NCBI GenBank assembly: GCA_963768855.1 | Contig: CAVYJM010000006.1 | Span: forward strand, 1,063,195-1,127,194 | Origin: an uncultured Thermoplasmata archaeon | GTDB lineage: Archaea > Thermoplasmatota > Thermoplasmata > RBG-16-68-12 | DNA length: 64,000 nt | Direction: 5' to 3' | In this document: one piece after another, positions 42,488-52,841 of the stretch | Layout: every line of letters begins with the position of its first letter | Numbering within the stretch: position 1 is the first letter of the stretch | Position numbers and translations under genes: made by a program | Notes under the pieces: generated by a model | Seen by the model: the letters and a program-made list of their open reading frames with translations, nothing else | Database searches by the model: none | Told to the model about the DNA's origin: nothing

Positions 42488-42862
42488 TTATTCCTCCCGG
42501 CGTGGGAGATTAGGGAACACGAAGCGGGCCATGTAGAAGTGCCCCTCGAGCCAGAGCGCCACGACCAGCCCGATCGCGGTGACGGACCATCCCGCGACGC
42601 CCGGGATCAGGAAGATCGCTTCCGGGATCACGAGCAGGTCGACGAAGACGCAGCCCGTCAGGAACAGCGCCCGCAGAATCTCCATGCGGATGGGGACCGA
42701 CTGGGCGCGGCTCAGGAACCGCTGCCGACGTTGTTGGGCGCGGCGCACAAGGTAGCCGCTGATCGTCCCCTGCCGCTCCACCACGCCTTGGGGACGCGCG
42801 TCCTCGCGAGGCGCCTTCCGGGCCCGGAGGGGCTGGGCGTCCGGGGACCCTTCGTCGACCAT
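42488..42862 (-). CDS. Small 2-TM membrane protein
   Basis: Basic N-terminus, two hydrophobic helices; abuts oppF, probably co-transcribed. Confidence 0.55.
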   Translation of the reverse strand: MVDEGSPDAQPLRARKAPREDARPQGVVERQGTISGYLVRRAQQRRQRFLSRAQSVPIRMEILRALFLTGCVFVDLLVIPEAIFLIPGVAGWSVTAIGLVVALWLEGHFYMARFVFPNLPRREE

Positions 42863-44275
42863 TCAGGTCGGGGCCTTCTTCGCGGGAGCTTCGGGGCCGC
42901 CAAGGCTCTCGAGTCCCAGGTCCCGCGCCGTCGCGAAGCACGCGACCTGCCGTTCGTTCCCTGCATCAAAGAGCTTAGGTTCGATCGCCCGGCACGGCTC
43001 GAACGCGAGCCAGCAGCGCGGATGGAACCGGCATCCGGAAGGCGGGCGGGTCGGGCTGGGCACCTCGCCTTCGAGGATGATCCGCTCGATCTTCACACTC
43101 GGATCGGCGGAGGGGGCCGCGGAGATGAGGGCCTTCGTGTACGGATGCAGAGGTTCTCGGAAGATGTCCTCCGTATCCCCGACCTCTACGATTTTGCCCG
43201 CATACATGACGGCAACGCGGTCCGCGATGTGGTAGACCACGCTCAGGTCATGGGTGATGAAGAGGTAGGTGAGGCCCAGCTTCGTCTGGAGGGACATCAG
43301 CAGGTTCAGGATCTGGGCTTGCACCGAGACATCCAGGGCGGAGGTGGGTTCGTCGAGGATGATCACATCGGGATTGAGTGCGAGTGCCCTCGCGACATTA
43401 ATCCGCTGGCGTTGGCCTCCGGAGAATTCATGAGGGAAGCGGTTGAGGTGCTCTTTCTTCAGGCCTACGAGTTCGAGGAGGTCGAGGACCCGATGGGTCA
43501 CCTCTTCGCCCGTCACGAAGTGTCTCCGGACGACAAACAGGTACGCGAGGAGGAAGACCGACTCTCCGATTTGGATCAGGTTGGGGACGAGGGACACGGA
43601 GAGCACAAGATTCACTCCGGCAAGGATGGCCACCCCCCACCATGCCCACCCCTCGAGTCTCCACAGGCCTAGAGCGAACCAGACTAGCATTCCGCTGAAA
43701 GCTGCCAGGTAGAGTGCGAAGAGGATGGGGCCGAAAGTGAGAGCTCCGAGATAGGCCGCAACGCCTGCGACGAGGAGAACAAGCACCGCGAGTGTCACGG
43801 AAATGGCCGCCACGAGAGCCACGAGTCCGGCGAGGATTGCAACGCTCAGGGGCCGTGTCTCCGACCTCTGGTGGACTATGAGCGGCTCGGCGATGATGTT
43901 CTTCACAGTCATCCTCGGGTTCAGGGAGGACATCGGATCCTGGAACACCATCTGCAGGTGCTTCCTCTCGTCTCGAATGACGCGAAGTTTCTCCGAGGCG
44001 AGGTCGCGGCCCATGAAGAAGACCTTGCCTGCTGAGGGATCGAGGAGGCGGAGGAGGAGTCGGGCGAGGGTGCTCTTCCCGCATCCGGACTCTCCGACGA
44101 CCGCCAGCGTCTCCCCGCGATGCAACTTCAGGGACACACCGTCCACGGCCATGACGTGTCCCTTCACGGTGCGCAGCAGGCCGCCGCGGAGCGGGAAGTG
44201 CATCTTGACGTCCTCGGCAGCCAGCAGGACATCTTGGTTGGAGAGTTTGCCGGGTGCAGCCGAATCGGCGCTCAT
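42863..44275 (-). CDS. oppF: Oligopeptide ABC ATPase OppF with inserted 113-aa membrane domain
   Basis: [51 protein letters not shown]; insert 43517-43855. Confidence 0.9.
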   Translation of the reverse strand: MSADSAAPGKLSNQDVLLAAEDVKMHFPLRGGLLRTVKGHVMAVDGVSLKLHRGETLAVVGESGCGKSTLARLLLRLLDPSAGKVFFMGRDLASEKLRVIRDERKHLQMVFQDPMSSLNPRMTVKNIIAEPLIVHQRSETRPLSVAILAGLVALVAAISVTLAVLVLLVAGVAAYLGALTFGPILFALYLAAFSGMLVWFALGLWRLEGWAWWGVAILAGVNLVLSVSLVPNLIQIGESVFLLAYLFVVRRHFVTGEEVTHRVLDLLELVGLKKEHLNRFPHEFSGGQRQRINVARALALNPDVIILDEPTSALDVSVQAQILNLLMSLQTKLGLTYLFITHDLSVVYHIADRVAVMYAGKIVEVGDTEDIFREPLHPYTKALISAAPSADPSVKIERIILEGEVPSPTRPPSGCRFHPRCWLAFEPCRAIEPKLFDAGNERQVACFATARDLGLESLGGPEAPAKKAPT

Positions 44276-45879
44276 GGAATCGTCGCTCCTGCGGGAACGG
44301 GGTTATGGCAGGCGACGAGGTGCCCGGGCTCCATCTCCTGCAGGGCGGGCATCGTCGTCTTGCACACATCGAGGGCCCTCGGACAGCGCGGATGGAAGCG
44401 ACAGCCGGACGGCGGATGGAGGAGGTTCGGCACGCTCCCGCGGATGATGTAGAGATCACGCTTACGGGCTTGCGCGCTCTCTCCCTTGAACCGCGGGATC
44501 GACTGCATCAGGCCGTTCGTGTACGGGTGCATCATCCGGTGGAACACCTGCTCGGTCGTCCCGAACTCCGCGATGTGACCCGCATACATGACCCCGACCT
44601 TGTCGCAGACCTCCGCCACGATGCCCAGGTCATGCGTGATGAGCAGGATCGCCATGTTCGTCTTCGCCTGGAGCTCCTTCATGAGCTTCAGGATCTGCGC
44701 CTCGACCGTGACGTCGAGCGCGGTCGTCGGCTCGTCGGCGATTAGGAGCTCGGGATTGCACGCCATCATCATGGCGATCATGGACCGCTGTCGCATGCCT
44801 CCGGAGAGCTCGAAGGGGTACTGACCCGCAATCCGCTCCGGCTCGGCGATTCTTACTTCCCGCAGCATGTCGACCGCCCATCGGACGCCCTCATCCTGGA
44901 GGCGGGATCGCACCAGGCGACGAAGGACGCGGACCGCGCCGATGAAGTCCACGAGTTGGTCGTACGGATCTCGGAGCATGCGCTCGTACAGCTTCTTCTC
45001 GGTGGACATGATGCGGCCTCGGAACGGGGCCCAGAGATCGAAGCTGAGTCGGGCCCCGCATGAGGGACAGCAATCCCACAGCCCGGGTGCGAGCGACCAG
45101 CACGCGCTGCATACGGTCTCGTCGTCCTTCAGGCTGAGCAACCGGCCGTAGATTCCCCGCTCCTCATCGGAGAACCTGTCGGGATTCCGGTCCCCGCGGA
45201 AGGAATCTCGCGCCTGCACCGCGGTCCGGCGGTTCCCTCGGACCTTCTTCTCGCGCGCCTTCATCTGAAGTTCGAGGGCCTTGAGCACGCCACGGCAGAG
45301 TTCTGGCTTCCGATGGAGCATGAGGGTTTCCGCGATCTGGTTCCCAATCGTGAAGACCGGGTTCAGAGCGGTCATAGGCTCTTGGAAGATCATCGAGATC
45401 TTGTTTCCCCGGATCCTCCGGATGTCTTCGACGGGTTTCTGGAGGAGGTCGAACTCGGAGGTGGCGGCCTGCAGCCGGCGCTCGATGTCGAGCTTCTCTT
45501 CCTCGGACTTCGCGGACGTGAGGCGGGAACGGAGCGTTTCGATCTCTGGCTTCAGCGCCTCCATGATTGGAAGGCTCGACGCACCCGCCTGCGCGTCCTG
45601 CCGGCGCAGTCGATCTAGGGCGAGGACATCGTATTCCTTGCGCAGGGCTCGGACCTCGTCCGGTTCGTCGAGGAAGACGCGCCCTGCTTCGATCGTTCCC
45701 GGAGGACTCGGGATCAGGCGGAGGACCGACAACGCCGTCACGGACTTCCCGCACCCCGTCTCGCCCACGAGCCCCACGGTCTCGCCCGTGCAGACTTCGA
45801 GGTCGATCGATTCGAGAGCCTGGACCGTCCCTTCGTAGGTGTGGAAGTAGGTCTTCAGACCCTCGATTCGGAGCACCAC
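44272..45879 (-). CDS. oppD: Oligopeptide ABC ATPase OppD with coiled-coil and zinc-ribbon insertions
   Basis: [47 protein letters not shown]; inserts ~45451-45669 and ~44890-45309. Confidence 0.9.
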   Translation of the reverse strand: MVLRIEGLKTYFHTYEGTVQALESIDLEVCTGETVGLVGETGCGKSVTALSVLRLIPSPPGTIEAGRVFLDEPDEVRALRKEYDVLALDRLRRQDAQAGASSLPIMEALKPEIETLRSRLTSAKSEEEKLDIERRLQAATSEFDLLQKPVEDIRRIRGNKISMIFQEPMTALNPVFTIGNQIAETLMLHRKPELCRGVLKALELQMKAREKKVRGNRRTAVQARDSFRGDRNPDRFSDEERGIYGRLLSLKDDETVCSACWSLAPGLWDCCPSCGARLSFDLWAPFRGRIMSTEKKLYERMLRDPYDQLVDFIGAVRVLRRLVRSRLQDEGVRWAVDMLREVRIAEPERIAGQYPFELSGGMRQRSMIAMMMACNPELLIADEPTTALDVTVEAQILKLMKELQAKTNMAILLITHDLGIVAEVCDKVGVMYAGHIAEFGTTEQVFHRMMHPYTNGLMQSIPRFKGESAQARKRDLYIIRGSVPNLLHPPSGCRFHPRCPRALDVCKTTMPALQEMEPGHLVACHNPVPAGATIP

Positions 45880-45895
45880 ACGTCCGTTCGTCCGG

Positions 45896-46855
45896 TCACC
45901 TCCGGAGCCGCGGATCGAGGATGTCCCGGAGGCCGTCCCCGAGCAGATTGAACCCGAGTACGGTCAGCACGATCGCGATGCCGGGGAAGACCGACATCCA
46001 CCACGCGTTGAACAGATAGGTGAGGCCCTCGGAGATCATCACGCCCCACTCCGCCGTCCCCGGCGGCGCGCCGAGACCCAGGAAGCCGAGCCCCGCGGCG
46101 GTCAGGATGACGTAGCCGAAGTCCATGGAGGCCTGCACGATTACGGGTGAGACGGAGTTCGGGAGCACGTGGCGCAGCATGAGCCGTGTGGGGCTCGCGC
46201 CGACGCTCTTCGCGGATTCGACGAACTGCCTTTCCTTGATGGAGAGGACCTGCCCACGCACGAGCCGAGTGTACCAGGGCCACCAGGTGATGATGAGCGC
46301 GTACATCACGTGCTCGATGCTCCTCCCGAGGACCGCGGTGATCGCAATCGCCAGGATGAGGCTCGGGATTGAGAGGAAGATGTCCGTGATCCGCATGACC
46401 ACCTCCTCGATGACGCCTCCCTTGAACCCCGCGACCAGCCCGAGGAGGGAGCCGATCAGGGAGGCGGGGATCACGACCAAGAGGCCCACTTCCAAGGAGA
46501 CGCTGGCCCCGTAGAGGACCTTGCTGTACCAGTCCGTCCCGAAGTTGTCCGTGCCGAAGGGATGGGCCAGGGACGGTCCCAGGAAGACCTGGTAGTCCCC
46601 GGGCAGGTCGTGGAACTGCCAGCGCTGCTGGAGCTGTCCGTTGATATTCACATAGGTCGGTTGCTGGACGGCCAGGTAGGGCGCGAGGAACGCAATCGCG
46701 ACGACCAGCAGGATCAGGACGAGCCCCAGCACCGCGAGCCGGTTCTTCCGGAACAGGAAGAGGGTGTACTTCAGCTCAGAGATGCGCGAGGCATGGTCTT
46801 CGAGGAAGTCCCGCCACCACCCGCCCGGGGCCTGCTTTCCCGTCTCCACCGCCAC
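45896..46855 (-). CDS. oppC: Oligopeptide ABC permease
   Basis: HPFGTD, LYGA..SL, MRITDIF, FVESAKSVGAS, RHVLPN, LGFLGLG, NLLGDGLRD.LDPR. Confidence 0.93.
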   Translation of the reverse strand: MAVETGKQAPGGWWRDFLEDHASRISELKYTLFLFRKNRLAVLGLVLILLVVAIAFLAPYLAVQQPTYVNINGQLQQRWQFHDLPGDYQVFLGPSLAHPFGTDNFGTDWYSKVLYGASVSLEVGLLVVIPASLIGSLLGLVAGFKGGVIEEVVMRITDIFLSIPSLILAIAITAVLGRSIEHVMYALIITWWPWYTRLVRGQVLSIKERQFVESAKSVGASPTRLMLRHVLPNSVSPVIVQASMDFGYVILTAAGLGFLGLGAPPGTAEWGVMISEGLTYLFNAWWMSVFPGIAIVLTVLGFNLLGDGLRDILDPRLRR

Positions 46856-46856
46856 G

Positions 46857-47891
46857 TCAGGAGCCTCCCAGCCGCACCTGAGGGTCCGCTGCGGCGTACA
46901 GTACGTCGATGACCAGGTTCGCGCTCACGTAGAAGACGGTGACCACGAAGAGGTAGCCCAGGAGGTCCGTGAAGCCCGCGTGCAAGGCGGCCTGGAGGAA
47001 GTACTTCCCTATGCCGTTCCAACTAAAGATGCTCTCCACGTAGACGTCGCCCGCAAAGGCCGAGCCGACCGTGAGGCCCGCGACAGTCAGCGTCGCGTTC
47101 GTTGCGTTGCGGAACCCGTGGCGGAAGATGACGTCCCGTTCGGGGACACCCTTCGCTCGCGCCGTGCGAATATAGTCCTGGCCAAGGACCTCGAGCATCC
47201 CTGAACGGGTCATCCGCAAAATGATGGCGAGTTGCGCGAACCCCAGAGTGAAGGCGGGCAGGAGGAGGTGAGCGACCGCGGAGATGAAGTCCGTTAGGTT
47301 CAGTGCGAGAACCGAGTCGATCGTATAGAAACCCGTAACGGTTGGCGGGGGTAGCAGGGTCGGATCGAGTCGCCCATCCAGGGGCAGTATGTTCAGTCCG
47401 ACGACCGCTAGATTCTCGTGGAAGAAGATCTTCAGCATGATGCCGAGCCAATAGATCGGGATCGCGACGCCAAGGATCGCGATGAACCTCGAAAGGTGAT
47501 CTACCCACTTGTTCCGCTTCATCGCCGAAACGATACCAAGGTAGATGCCGACAGGCAAGGCGAACAGCATTGCCGCGATGGTGAGTTCTAGGGTCGCTGG
47601 GAGGAACGTGGCGAGATTGTCCAGCACCGGGAAGTGATTCACGAAGGACGGGCCCCAGTTGCCGGTCACGAGCCGTCCCATGTAGAAGAGGTACTGACTC
47701 GGAAGAGGATCATCGAGGTGCCAATCCGCGTGGAACTGGGCGATTTGTTCGGGCCTGGCTTTCGAGCCCAGGTAGGAGAGCGCGGGGTCGATGGGAATGG
47801 CTTTCCAGAGGACGAAGGCGATCACGGTTACGCCGATGATAACCGGGATGAGCGCGATGAGTCGCCGGACGACGTATTCCCAGAGTTTCAT
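46857..47891 (-). CDS. oppB: Oligopeptide ABC permease
   Basis: PIDPA, LPATLEL, RMTRSGMLEVLGQDYIRTARAKG, ESIFSWNGIG. Confidence 0.93.
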   Translation of the reverse strand: MKLWEYVVRRLIALIPVIIGVTVIAFVLWKAIPIDPALSYLGSKARPEQIAQFHADWHLDDPLPSQYLFYMGRLVTGNWGPSFVNHFPVLDNLATFLPATLELTIAAMLFALPVGIYLGIVSAMKRNKWVDHLSRFIAILGVAIPIYWLGIMLKIFFHENLAVVGLNILPLDGRLDPTLLPPPTVTGFYTIDSVLALNLTDFISAVAHLLLPAFTLGFAQLAIILRMTRSGMLEVLGQDYIRTARAKGVPERDVIFRHGFRNATNATLTVAGLTVGSAFAGDVYVESIFSWNGIGKYFLQAALHAGFTDLLGYLFVVTVFYVSANLVIDVLYAAADPQVRLGGS

Positions 47892-48033
47892 GGGGTGGGC
47901 CCATCACCTCCCCCTGAAGACGTGGATCGCACGCTTTTCATTCCCGCGCCCGCATGCCTCAGGCTCGGACAACAGCGGTTTTGGTTATTTACCCTGCGCT
48001 CTTAGTCTAGCGAATTCGGGGAAAAGGGAAAGG

Positions 48034-48053
48034 GAGGGGGCCTAGGCCCCCTC
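48034..48053 (-). terminator. Perfect 20-bp palindrome followed by a pyrimidine tract downstream of oppA
   Basis: GAGGGGGCCTAGGCCCCCTC then CCTTTCCCTTTTCCCC on the minus strand; a second hairpin GGGTCC/GGACCC lies just upstream. Confidence 0.6.
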
Positions 48054-48081
48054 ATCGGGTCCGCGCGGGACCCGGTCGCTC

Positions 48082-49794
48082 CTACGTCTTCTGGTAGAAG
48101 TAGAAGTTGTACCAGGTCACCGGGTTGAAGAAGAACCCTTTCATGTAGCTCTGGTAGATGGGTACGTACTGCTGTTGGCAGAACCAGATCATGTTGGGGT
48201 TCGCCATCGCGGTCGCCCAGACCTGCGCGTAGTCCGCCGCACGGGTGGTCGTGCTCAGCTCGGATCGGGCGATCGAGGCGTAGTGGTCGATCGTCGTGTT
48301 GGCGAAGCCCGTATGCCAGTAGTCCCCACCGAAGTCGGAACTCATGACCATCGGGGTCACATAGTCGTCGGCGTCGAGGTAGTCGAGGACCCAGTGCGCC
48401 ACGAAGAAGTCGTACGCAGCGGTGCTGCGCGCCGTGTCCCAGGCGTCGGTCGACGGCTTGATCTGCAGGTCCGTGTGGACGCCGAGGCCCTGCAGCGTGG
48501 TCTGGAACCGCCTGGCCGCGTTGGCTTCCTCGAGCTGTGTCCCATCCGCGACGATGCGGAATGCGTAGCCGCCAAACCGGGTGTTCCCTACCTTTGGATA
48601 GCCAGCTTGGTCAAGGAGCTGACCGGCCTTGGTCAGGTTCTGGTAGTAGTACTGGTGCTGCGAATCGAAGTACTGCATCCCAGCCGGGATGGGTCCAGGC
48701 AGGAAGCTCGCGAAGCCCGCGTAGTCGTTCGCAATCGTCGCGTTGTAGTCGAACGCGTAGGAGAACGCCTGCCGCACGAGGCGCCCCGAGGCGTTGTCGG
48801 CCATGTACGGGTTCGTCACGTTCATCGCAACAATCTCGCTCTTGATCGTGGTGTTCGCCTTCGCCACTACCCCCGACAGGCCCGTGACTTGGGAGACGGA
48901 CGAGAGCGGGAGGTCCGCAATGTCTGCGGCGCCCGTCCGGATCGCCTCGACGCGCGAGGTGGGGTCGCTCGTGAACTTCATGACGAGCGTCGTCGGCTCG
49001 GTCCCGTGCCATCCGCGCCAGAAGTGAGTGTTCGCATGCAATGTCATCTGGCTGCCTTTGATCCAGTCGGAGGAGCTCATGCAGTAGGGGCCCGTGCCCA
49101 TCGTGTTCTGCTTGATGTAGTCGTTCGCGATGTAGTGATGCACGCCTCCGTGCGCCTCAATCCACGCGCCCTCCATGATGGAGGAGGGCTCCACCGTGGC
49201 AAGCGTCACCAGGAAGGCGGTGTACGGAGCAGTCAGGTTCATCTGAATCGTGTACGTGTCCTTCACCCAAAGGGATCCCGGGAGGTTGTTGGGGTCGAGG
49301 GTCTGGTTCAGAATCCACGCGACTCCCGATTCCGGCGAAGCCTCGAGGAGAACCTTGCGGAAAGAGGCGTACACATCGTTCGCGGTCAGGTTGTTGCCGT
49401 CACAGAACTGGACACCCTGGCGGATGTGGAATGTATAGTTGAGTCCGTCCGCGGAGATCCCGCCGTTCGCCACGGTGGGGACTTCCGAGGCCAGGTCCGG
49501 CACGAGCGTGGTCGTGTCCTTGTTGTAGCCGAGCAGTGTGTCGTAGGTATTCTGGAGGGCGACGAACGACCAGAGGTCGTACGCGTCCGACGAATCCATC
49601 GTCACGGGCTCGGACTGCATGTAATAGACGAGTGTGCTCGTGTCTCGCGTGGCTGCGGGTCGCGTGATCACGTATGCGACCGCTGCGATAATGACGATTG
49701 CGACGACCGCGATGATTGCCCACAGCCGCCACCCCATCCCACGCTTCGCCGGCGGTCCGCCGGGCGGCGGGGATGCACCTCCTCCTTCTGCCAT
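48082..49794 (-). CDS. oppA: Oligopeptide ABC substrate-binding protein with N-terminal TM anchor
   Basis: YDTLLGY, YTFHIRQGVQF.DG..LTA.DV, MGTGPY, VRQAFSYAFD. Confidence 0.92.
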   Translation of the reverse strand: MAEGGGASPPPGGPPAKRGMGWRLWAIIAVVAIVIIAAVAYVITRPAATRDTSTLVYYMQSEPVTMDSSDAYDLWSFVALQNTYDTLLGYNKDTTTLVPDLASEVPTVANGGISADGLNYTFHIRQGVQFCDGNNLTANDVYASFRKVLLEASPESGVAWILNQTLDPNNLPGSLWVKDTYTIQMNLTAPYTAFLVTLATVEPSSIMEGAWIEAHGGVHHYIANDYIKQNTMGTGPYCMSSSDWIKGSQMTLHANTHFWRGWHGTEPTTLVMKFTSDPTSRVEAIRTGAADIADLPLSSVSQVTGLSGVVAKANTTIKSEIVAMNVTNPYMADNASGRLVRQAFSYAFDYNATIANDYAGFASFLPGPIPAGMQYFDSQHQYYYQNLTKAGQLLDQAGYPKVGNTRFGGYAFRIVADGTQLEEANAARRFQTTLQGLGVHTDLQIKPSTDAWDTARSTAAYDFFVAHWVLDYLDADDYVTPMVMSSDFGGDYWHTGFANTTIDHYASIARSELSTTTRAADYAQVWATAMANPNMIWFCQQQYVPIYQSYMKGFFFNPVTWYNFYFYQKT

Positions 49795-49907
49795 GCAAGG
49801 GGAATCCGGATGTCTCTATATGAACATGACCAAGAAACCTCGATGTAGAACAACTCTCGAAGAGAAACAGGAAATGGAGAGCGCGACCCGCGCTCTCCCT
49901 GGCTCCC

Positions 49908-51233
49908 TCACTTCCCGACGCGCTTGAACGATCCCTCGAGAACGTCGAGTCCCGCGTCGAGAACATCCTCCTCGATGTTCAGCGCGGGGATGTAGCGCAT
50001 CCCGGAATCACCGCACGTCAGGAGGATGAGGCCGTGCTCGTACGCATCCTTCTCGATCGCATCGCGGACCTTCGGGTTGGGCTTGTTCGTCCTGCGGTCC
50101 GTGACGAACTCCGTGCACTGCATCATGCCAAGGCCGCGTCGGTCTCCGATGAACTCGAAGGCGTCCTTCATTTCGTCCAGGCGCTTCGCCATGTGCGCGC
50201 CCAGCTTGGCGGACCGCGCCACGAGCCCCTCGGACTCGATCACGTCGATCACGGCCAACGACGATGCGGCCGCGACCGGGTTGCCGCCGTACGTGTTCGA
50301 GTGCTTCCCCGACATGGGGAAGTCCATCTTCGCGTCGAACACCGCGACGCCGATCGGTATGCCTCCGCCGAGGGACTTGGCCAGGACCATGATGTCGGGA
50401 ATGACCTTCGAGTGATCGATGCCCCACATCTTCCCGGTCCGTCCGAAGCCGGTCTGGACCTCATCGGCGATGAACAGGAAGTCGTTGTCCTTCGCGATCT
50501 TCCCGATCCGGTCGAGCCATCCCGGCGGCGGCACGATGTAGCCGCCCTCGCCCTGGACCGGTTCGACGAAGATGGCCGCGAGGTCCTCGGGCGGCGCGAT
50601 CGTCTTCAGGTAGAGGTCCTCGATGATGTTCGCGCAGTACAGGTCGCACGAGGGGTAGGTGAGCTTGTACGGGCAGCGGTAACAATAGGCGAACGGCACG
50701 TGGACGACGCCAGGCATGCTCGGGAAGAACCCGGACTTCTGCTTCGCCTTGCTCGCGGTCAGGGAGAGCGCGCCCTGCGACCTCCCATGGAACGCGCCGA
50801 GGAACGCGAGGAACATCTGCCGCTTCTTGTAGTACTTCGCGATCTTGATCGCGGCCTCGTTGCCCTCCCCACCCGAGTTGGCGAAGAAGGTCTTCTTCGC
50901 ATGCTTGCCCGGGGTGATCTCAGCGAGCTTCTTCGCGAGCTGCGTCTGCACATCGTAGTAGTAGTCCGTGCCGGCGAAGTGCATGAATTCGCCGGCCTGC
51001 TTGCGGACCGCCTCGACCACCTTCGGATGGGAGAGGCCGACGTTGAGCACGGAGATGCCCGACGCGAAGTCGATGAGCAGGTTCCCATCGACGTCCTCGA
51101 CGACGGCGCCCGAGCCTCGTTTGATGACGATCGGGGCGGACTTCGTGGTCGTGGCCATGTACTTCTTGTCGCGCTCGATCACCTCTCGCGCCTTCGGGCC
51201 CGGAGGGGTGACTTTGATGTCGGGGACTTTCAC
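49908..51233 (-). CDS. Class III PLP aminotransferase (4-aminobutyrate/acetylornithine type)
   Basis: NSGGEGNEAAIK, FHGRS, EPVQGEGG, DEVQTGFGRTG, AKSLGGG, NTYGGN. Confidence 0.9.
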   Translation of the reverse strand: MKVPDIKVTPPGPKAREVIERDKKYMATTTKSAPIVIKRGSGAVVEDVDGNLLIDFASGISVLNVGLSHPKVVEAVRKQAGEFMHFAGTDYYYDVQTQLAKKLAEITPGKHAKKTFFANSGGEGNEAAIKIAKYYKKRQMFLAFLGAFHGRSQGALSLTASKAKQKSGFFPSMPGVVHVPFAYCYRCPYKLTYPSCDLYCANIIEDLYLKTIAPPEDLAAIFVEPVQGEGGYIVPPPGWLDRIGKIAKDNDFLFIADEVQTGFGRTGKMWGIDHSKVIPDIMVLAKSLGGGIPIGVAVFDAKMDFPMSGKHSNTYGGNPVAAASSLAVIDVIESEGLVARSAKLGAHMAKRLDEMKDAFEFIGDRRGLGMMQCTEFVTDRRTNKPNPKVRDAIEKDAYEHGLILLTCGDSGMRYIPALNIEEDVLDAGLDVLEGSFKRVGK

Positions 51234-51322
51234 CGAATCACCTGAGGTCGCCTAACTCAGATTCTCTCTTTAAGCTATGGTAAGGAGCACTCGACCGAGT
51301 CAGGTCGGACACGATGCCGGGA

Positions 51323-51469
51323 CTACTTCGCCGCTCCGATCCGCATGATCGTCGTGCCGCAGACCGGGCACTTTCCCTTCATGGCCGGCTTGCCGTTCTT
51401 GAGCGTGACCGCCGCAGCATCCTTCATTTCGCGCTTGGCCTTGCACTTCACGCAGTAGGCTTGCACCAT
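51323..51469 (-). CDS. 48-aa DUF5679-like zinc-ribbon protein
   Basis: AYCVKCK.KREM...KNGKPAMKGKCPVCGT. Confidence 0.8.
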   Translation of the reverse strand: MVQAYCVKCKAKREMKDAAAVTLKNGKPAMKGKCPVCGTTIMRIGAAK

Positions 51470-51651
51470 GAGACTCACCGCGCGGCTGGAAAGTCGCAGG
51501 GTGCATAAAGATATGGGGAAGAAAGCCAAACCCTGAAACCGAGGGGTGATGACCGAAACCGGCGGATGGAGGGAATCGACCTTCCGTGCACAACAGCGAT
51601 TCGTCTCGCAACGATTATATAGGCTCCATCGAGCTCTCCCGTCCGGAGCCC

Positions 51652-52029
51652 ATGACCGCGCCCGGCTATGTCCCGAGTCCGAGTCGTCCCATCGGCGTCG
51701 CGATCTTGGCCATCCTCGTCATCCTGGTCGGCGCCTTGTTCCTCCTCGGCGCGCTCGGACTCCTCCTTCTAGCGGGGTTCGCCGCAATCCGGGGGCTGCC
51801 GACGTTCTTCGGGCTCACGGGCGCGTTCCTCGGCGTGGTCCTCCTTATCTTCGCGTTCATCTTCATCGGCGTGGGCCTGGGCCTCTGGCGTTTGCGGAGC
51901 TGGGCCTGGTGGCTCGCCATCATCGTCCTCGTGCTCGACATCATCGGGAGCCTCGCGGACCCGGTCGGACTCGTCATCCCTCTCATCCTGCTGATCTACC
52001 TCGTCCTCGTCCGTCAGCACTTCCGTTAG
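51652..52029 (+). CDS. Small 4-TM protein homologous to the OppF insert
   Basis: RPIGVAILA...GLWRLRSWAWW...IYLVLVRQHF; ATTATATA box upstream. Confidence 0.8.
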   Translation: MTAPGYVPSPSRPIGVAILAILVILVGALFLLGALGLLLLAGFAAIRGLPTFFGLTGAFLGVVLLIFAFIFIGVGLGLWRLRSWAWWLAIIVLVLDIIGSLADPVGLVIPLILLIYLVLVRQHFR

Positions 52030-52165
52030 CCGTCGACCAGATTTGCCACTGTCACGACAGAGTCTGAACTCGGCAGCGCGAGCGTGCCCTTTTCCTCCTA
52101 TCTGGCTTTTATAGGAACTTATATATAATGGCCGGAAGATTCGCGCCTAAGATAGGAGGCGTGCC

Positions 52166-52573
52166 TTGGCAGAGAAACCAACAGCAGCGTTCGTGCTATC
52201 GTTGATCGGCGGCATTTTCATCCTTTTGGGCGGAGCTCTGATCGCAGCCGTGTTCGCCACGCTCGGCAGCATGTTCGGCGCACTCGGATTCGGAGACTTT
52301 GGCATGGGCATGACCATGGTGGGCGTGCTGGGCCTCGTGTTTGGCCTGATCATCATCGTCGCGGGCGTCATGATGTACATGAAACCGCAGCAGCACGTGA
52401 TGTGGGGCGTGATCGTCCTCCTGCTGGCGATTGTCAGCATCCCCTTCAGCCTGGCGGGCTTCCTGATCGGCTTCATCCTGGCCCTCATCGGCGGGATTCT
52501 CGGCCTCGTGTTCAAGCCGAGCATGCCCATGGCGGCTCCCTACGCGCCTCCGATGGCGCCGCCCCCGCAGTGA
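52166..52573 (+). CDS. 4-TM protein (DUF6114-like)
   Basis: [10 protein letters not shown]...[13 protein letters not shown]; CTTATATATA box upstream; TTG start. Confidence 0.75.
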   Translation: MAEKPTAAFVLSLIGGIFILLGGALIAAVFATLGSMFGALGFGDFGMGMTMVGVLGLVFGLIIIVAGVMMYMKPQQHVMWGVIVLLLAIVSIPFSLAGFLIGFILALIGGILGLVFKPSMPMAAPYAPPMAPPPQ

Positions 52574-52655
52574 ACCTGAACTAAACCGCCCGGGAACCCC
52601 CGGGCGGAAATCTTTATATTGGCCCGCCTGCTCGGCGCCTCGTCCCGGGGCCTCC

Positions 52656-52841
52656 ATGTTGTACACCCGTTTCGAGCGAGCTCGCATTCTCGGCGCCCGC
52701 GCCCTCCAGATCTCCATGGGCGCGCCGGGCGTCCTCGAGGCGTCGTCCACGGAGATCGACCCAATGCAGATCGCCGTGCGGGAATTCCAGGCCGGGAGCG
52801 TCCCCCTGACCGTTCAGAGGTTCCCGCATGCCCGCGATTGA
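52656..52841 (+). CDS. rpoK: RNA polymerase subunit K (Rpo6)
   Basis: [22 protein letters not shown]. Confidence 0.93.
   Translation: MLYTRFERARILGARALQISMGAPGVLEASSTEIDPMQIAVREFQAGSVPLTVQRFPHARD

Noticed and set aside
49908-51233. PLP-dependent amino-acid racemase of the GABA-AT family next to the peptide importer
   Set aside because: It has QGEGG (Glu), typical of transaminases, rather than the Asp I recall for the racemase subgroup.
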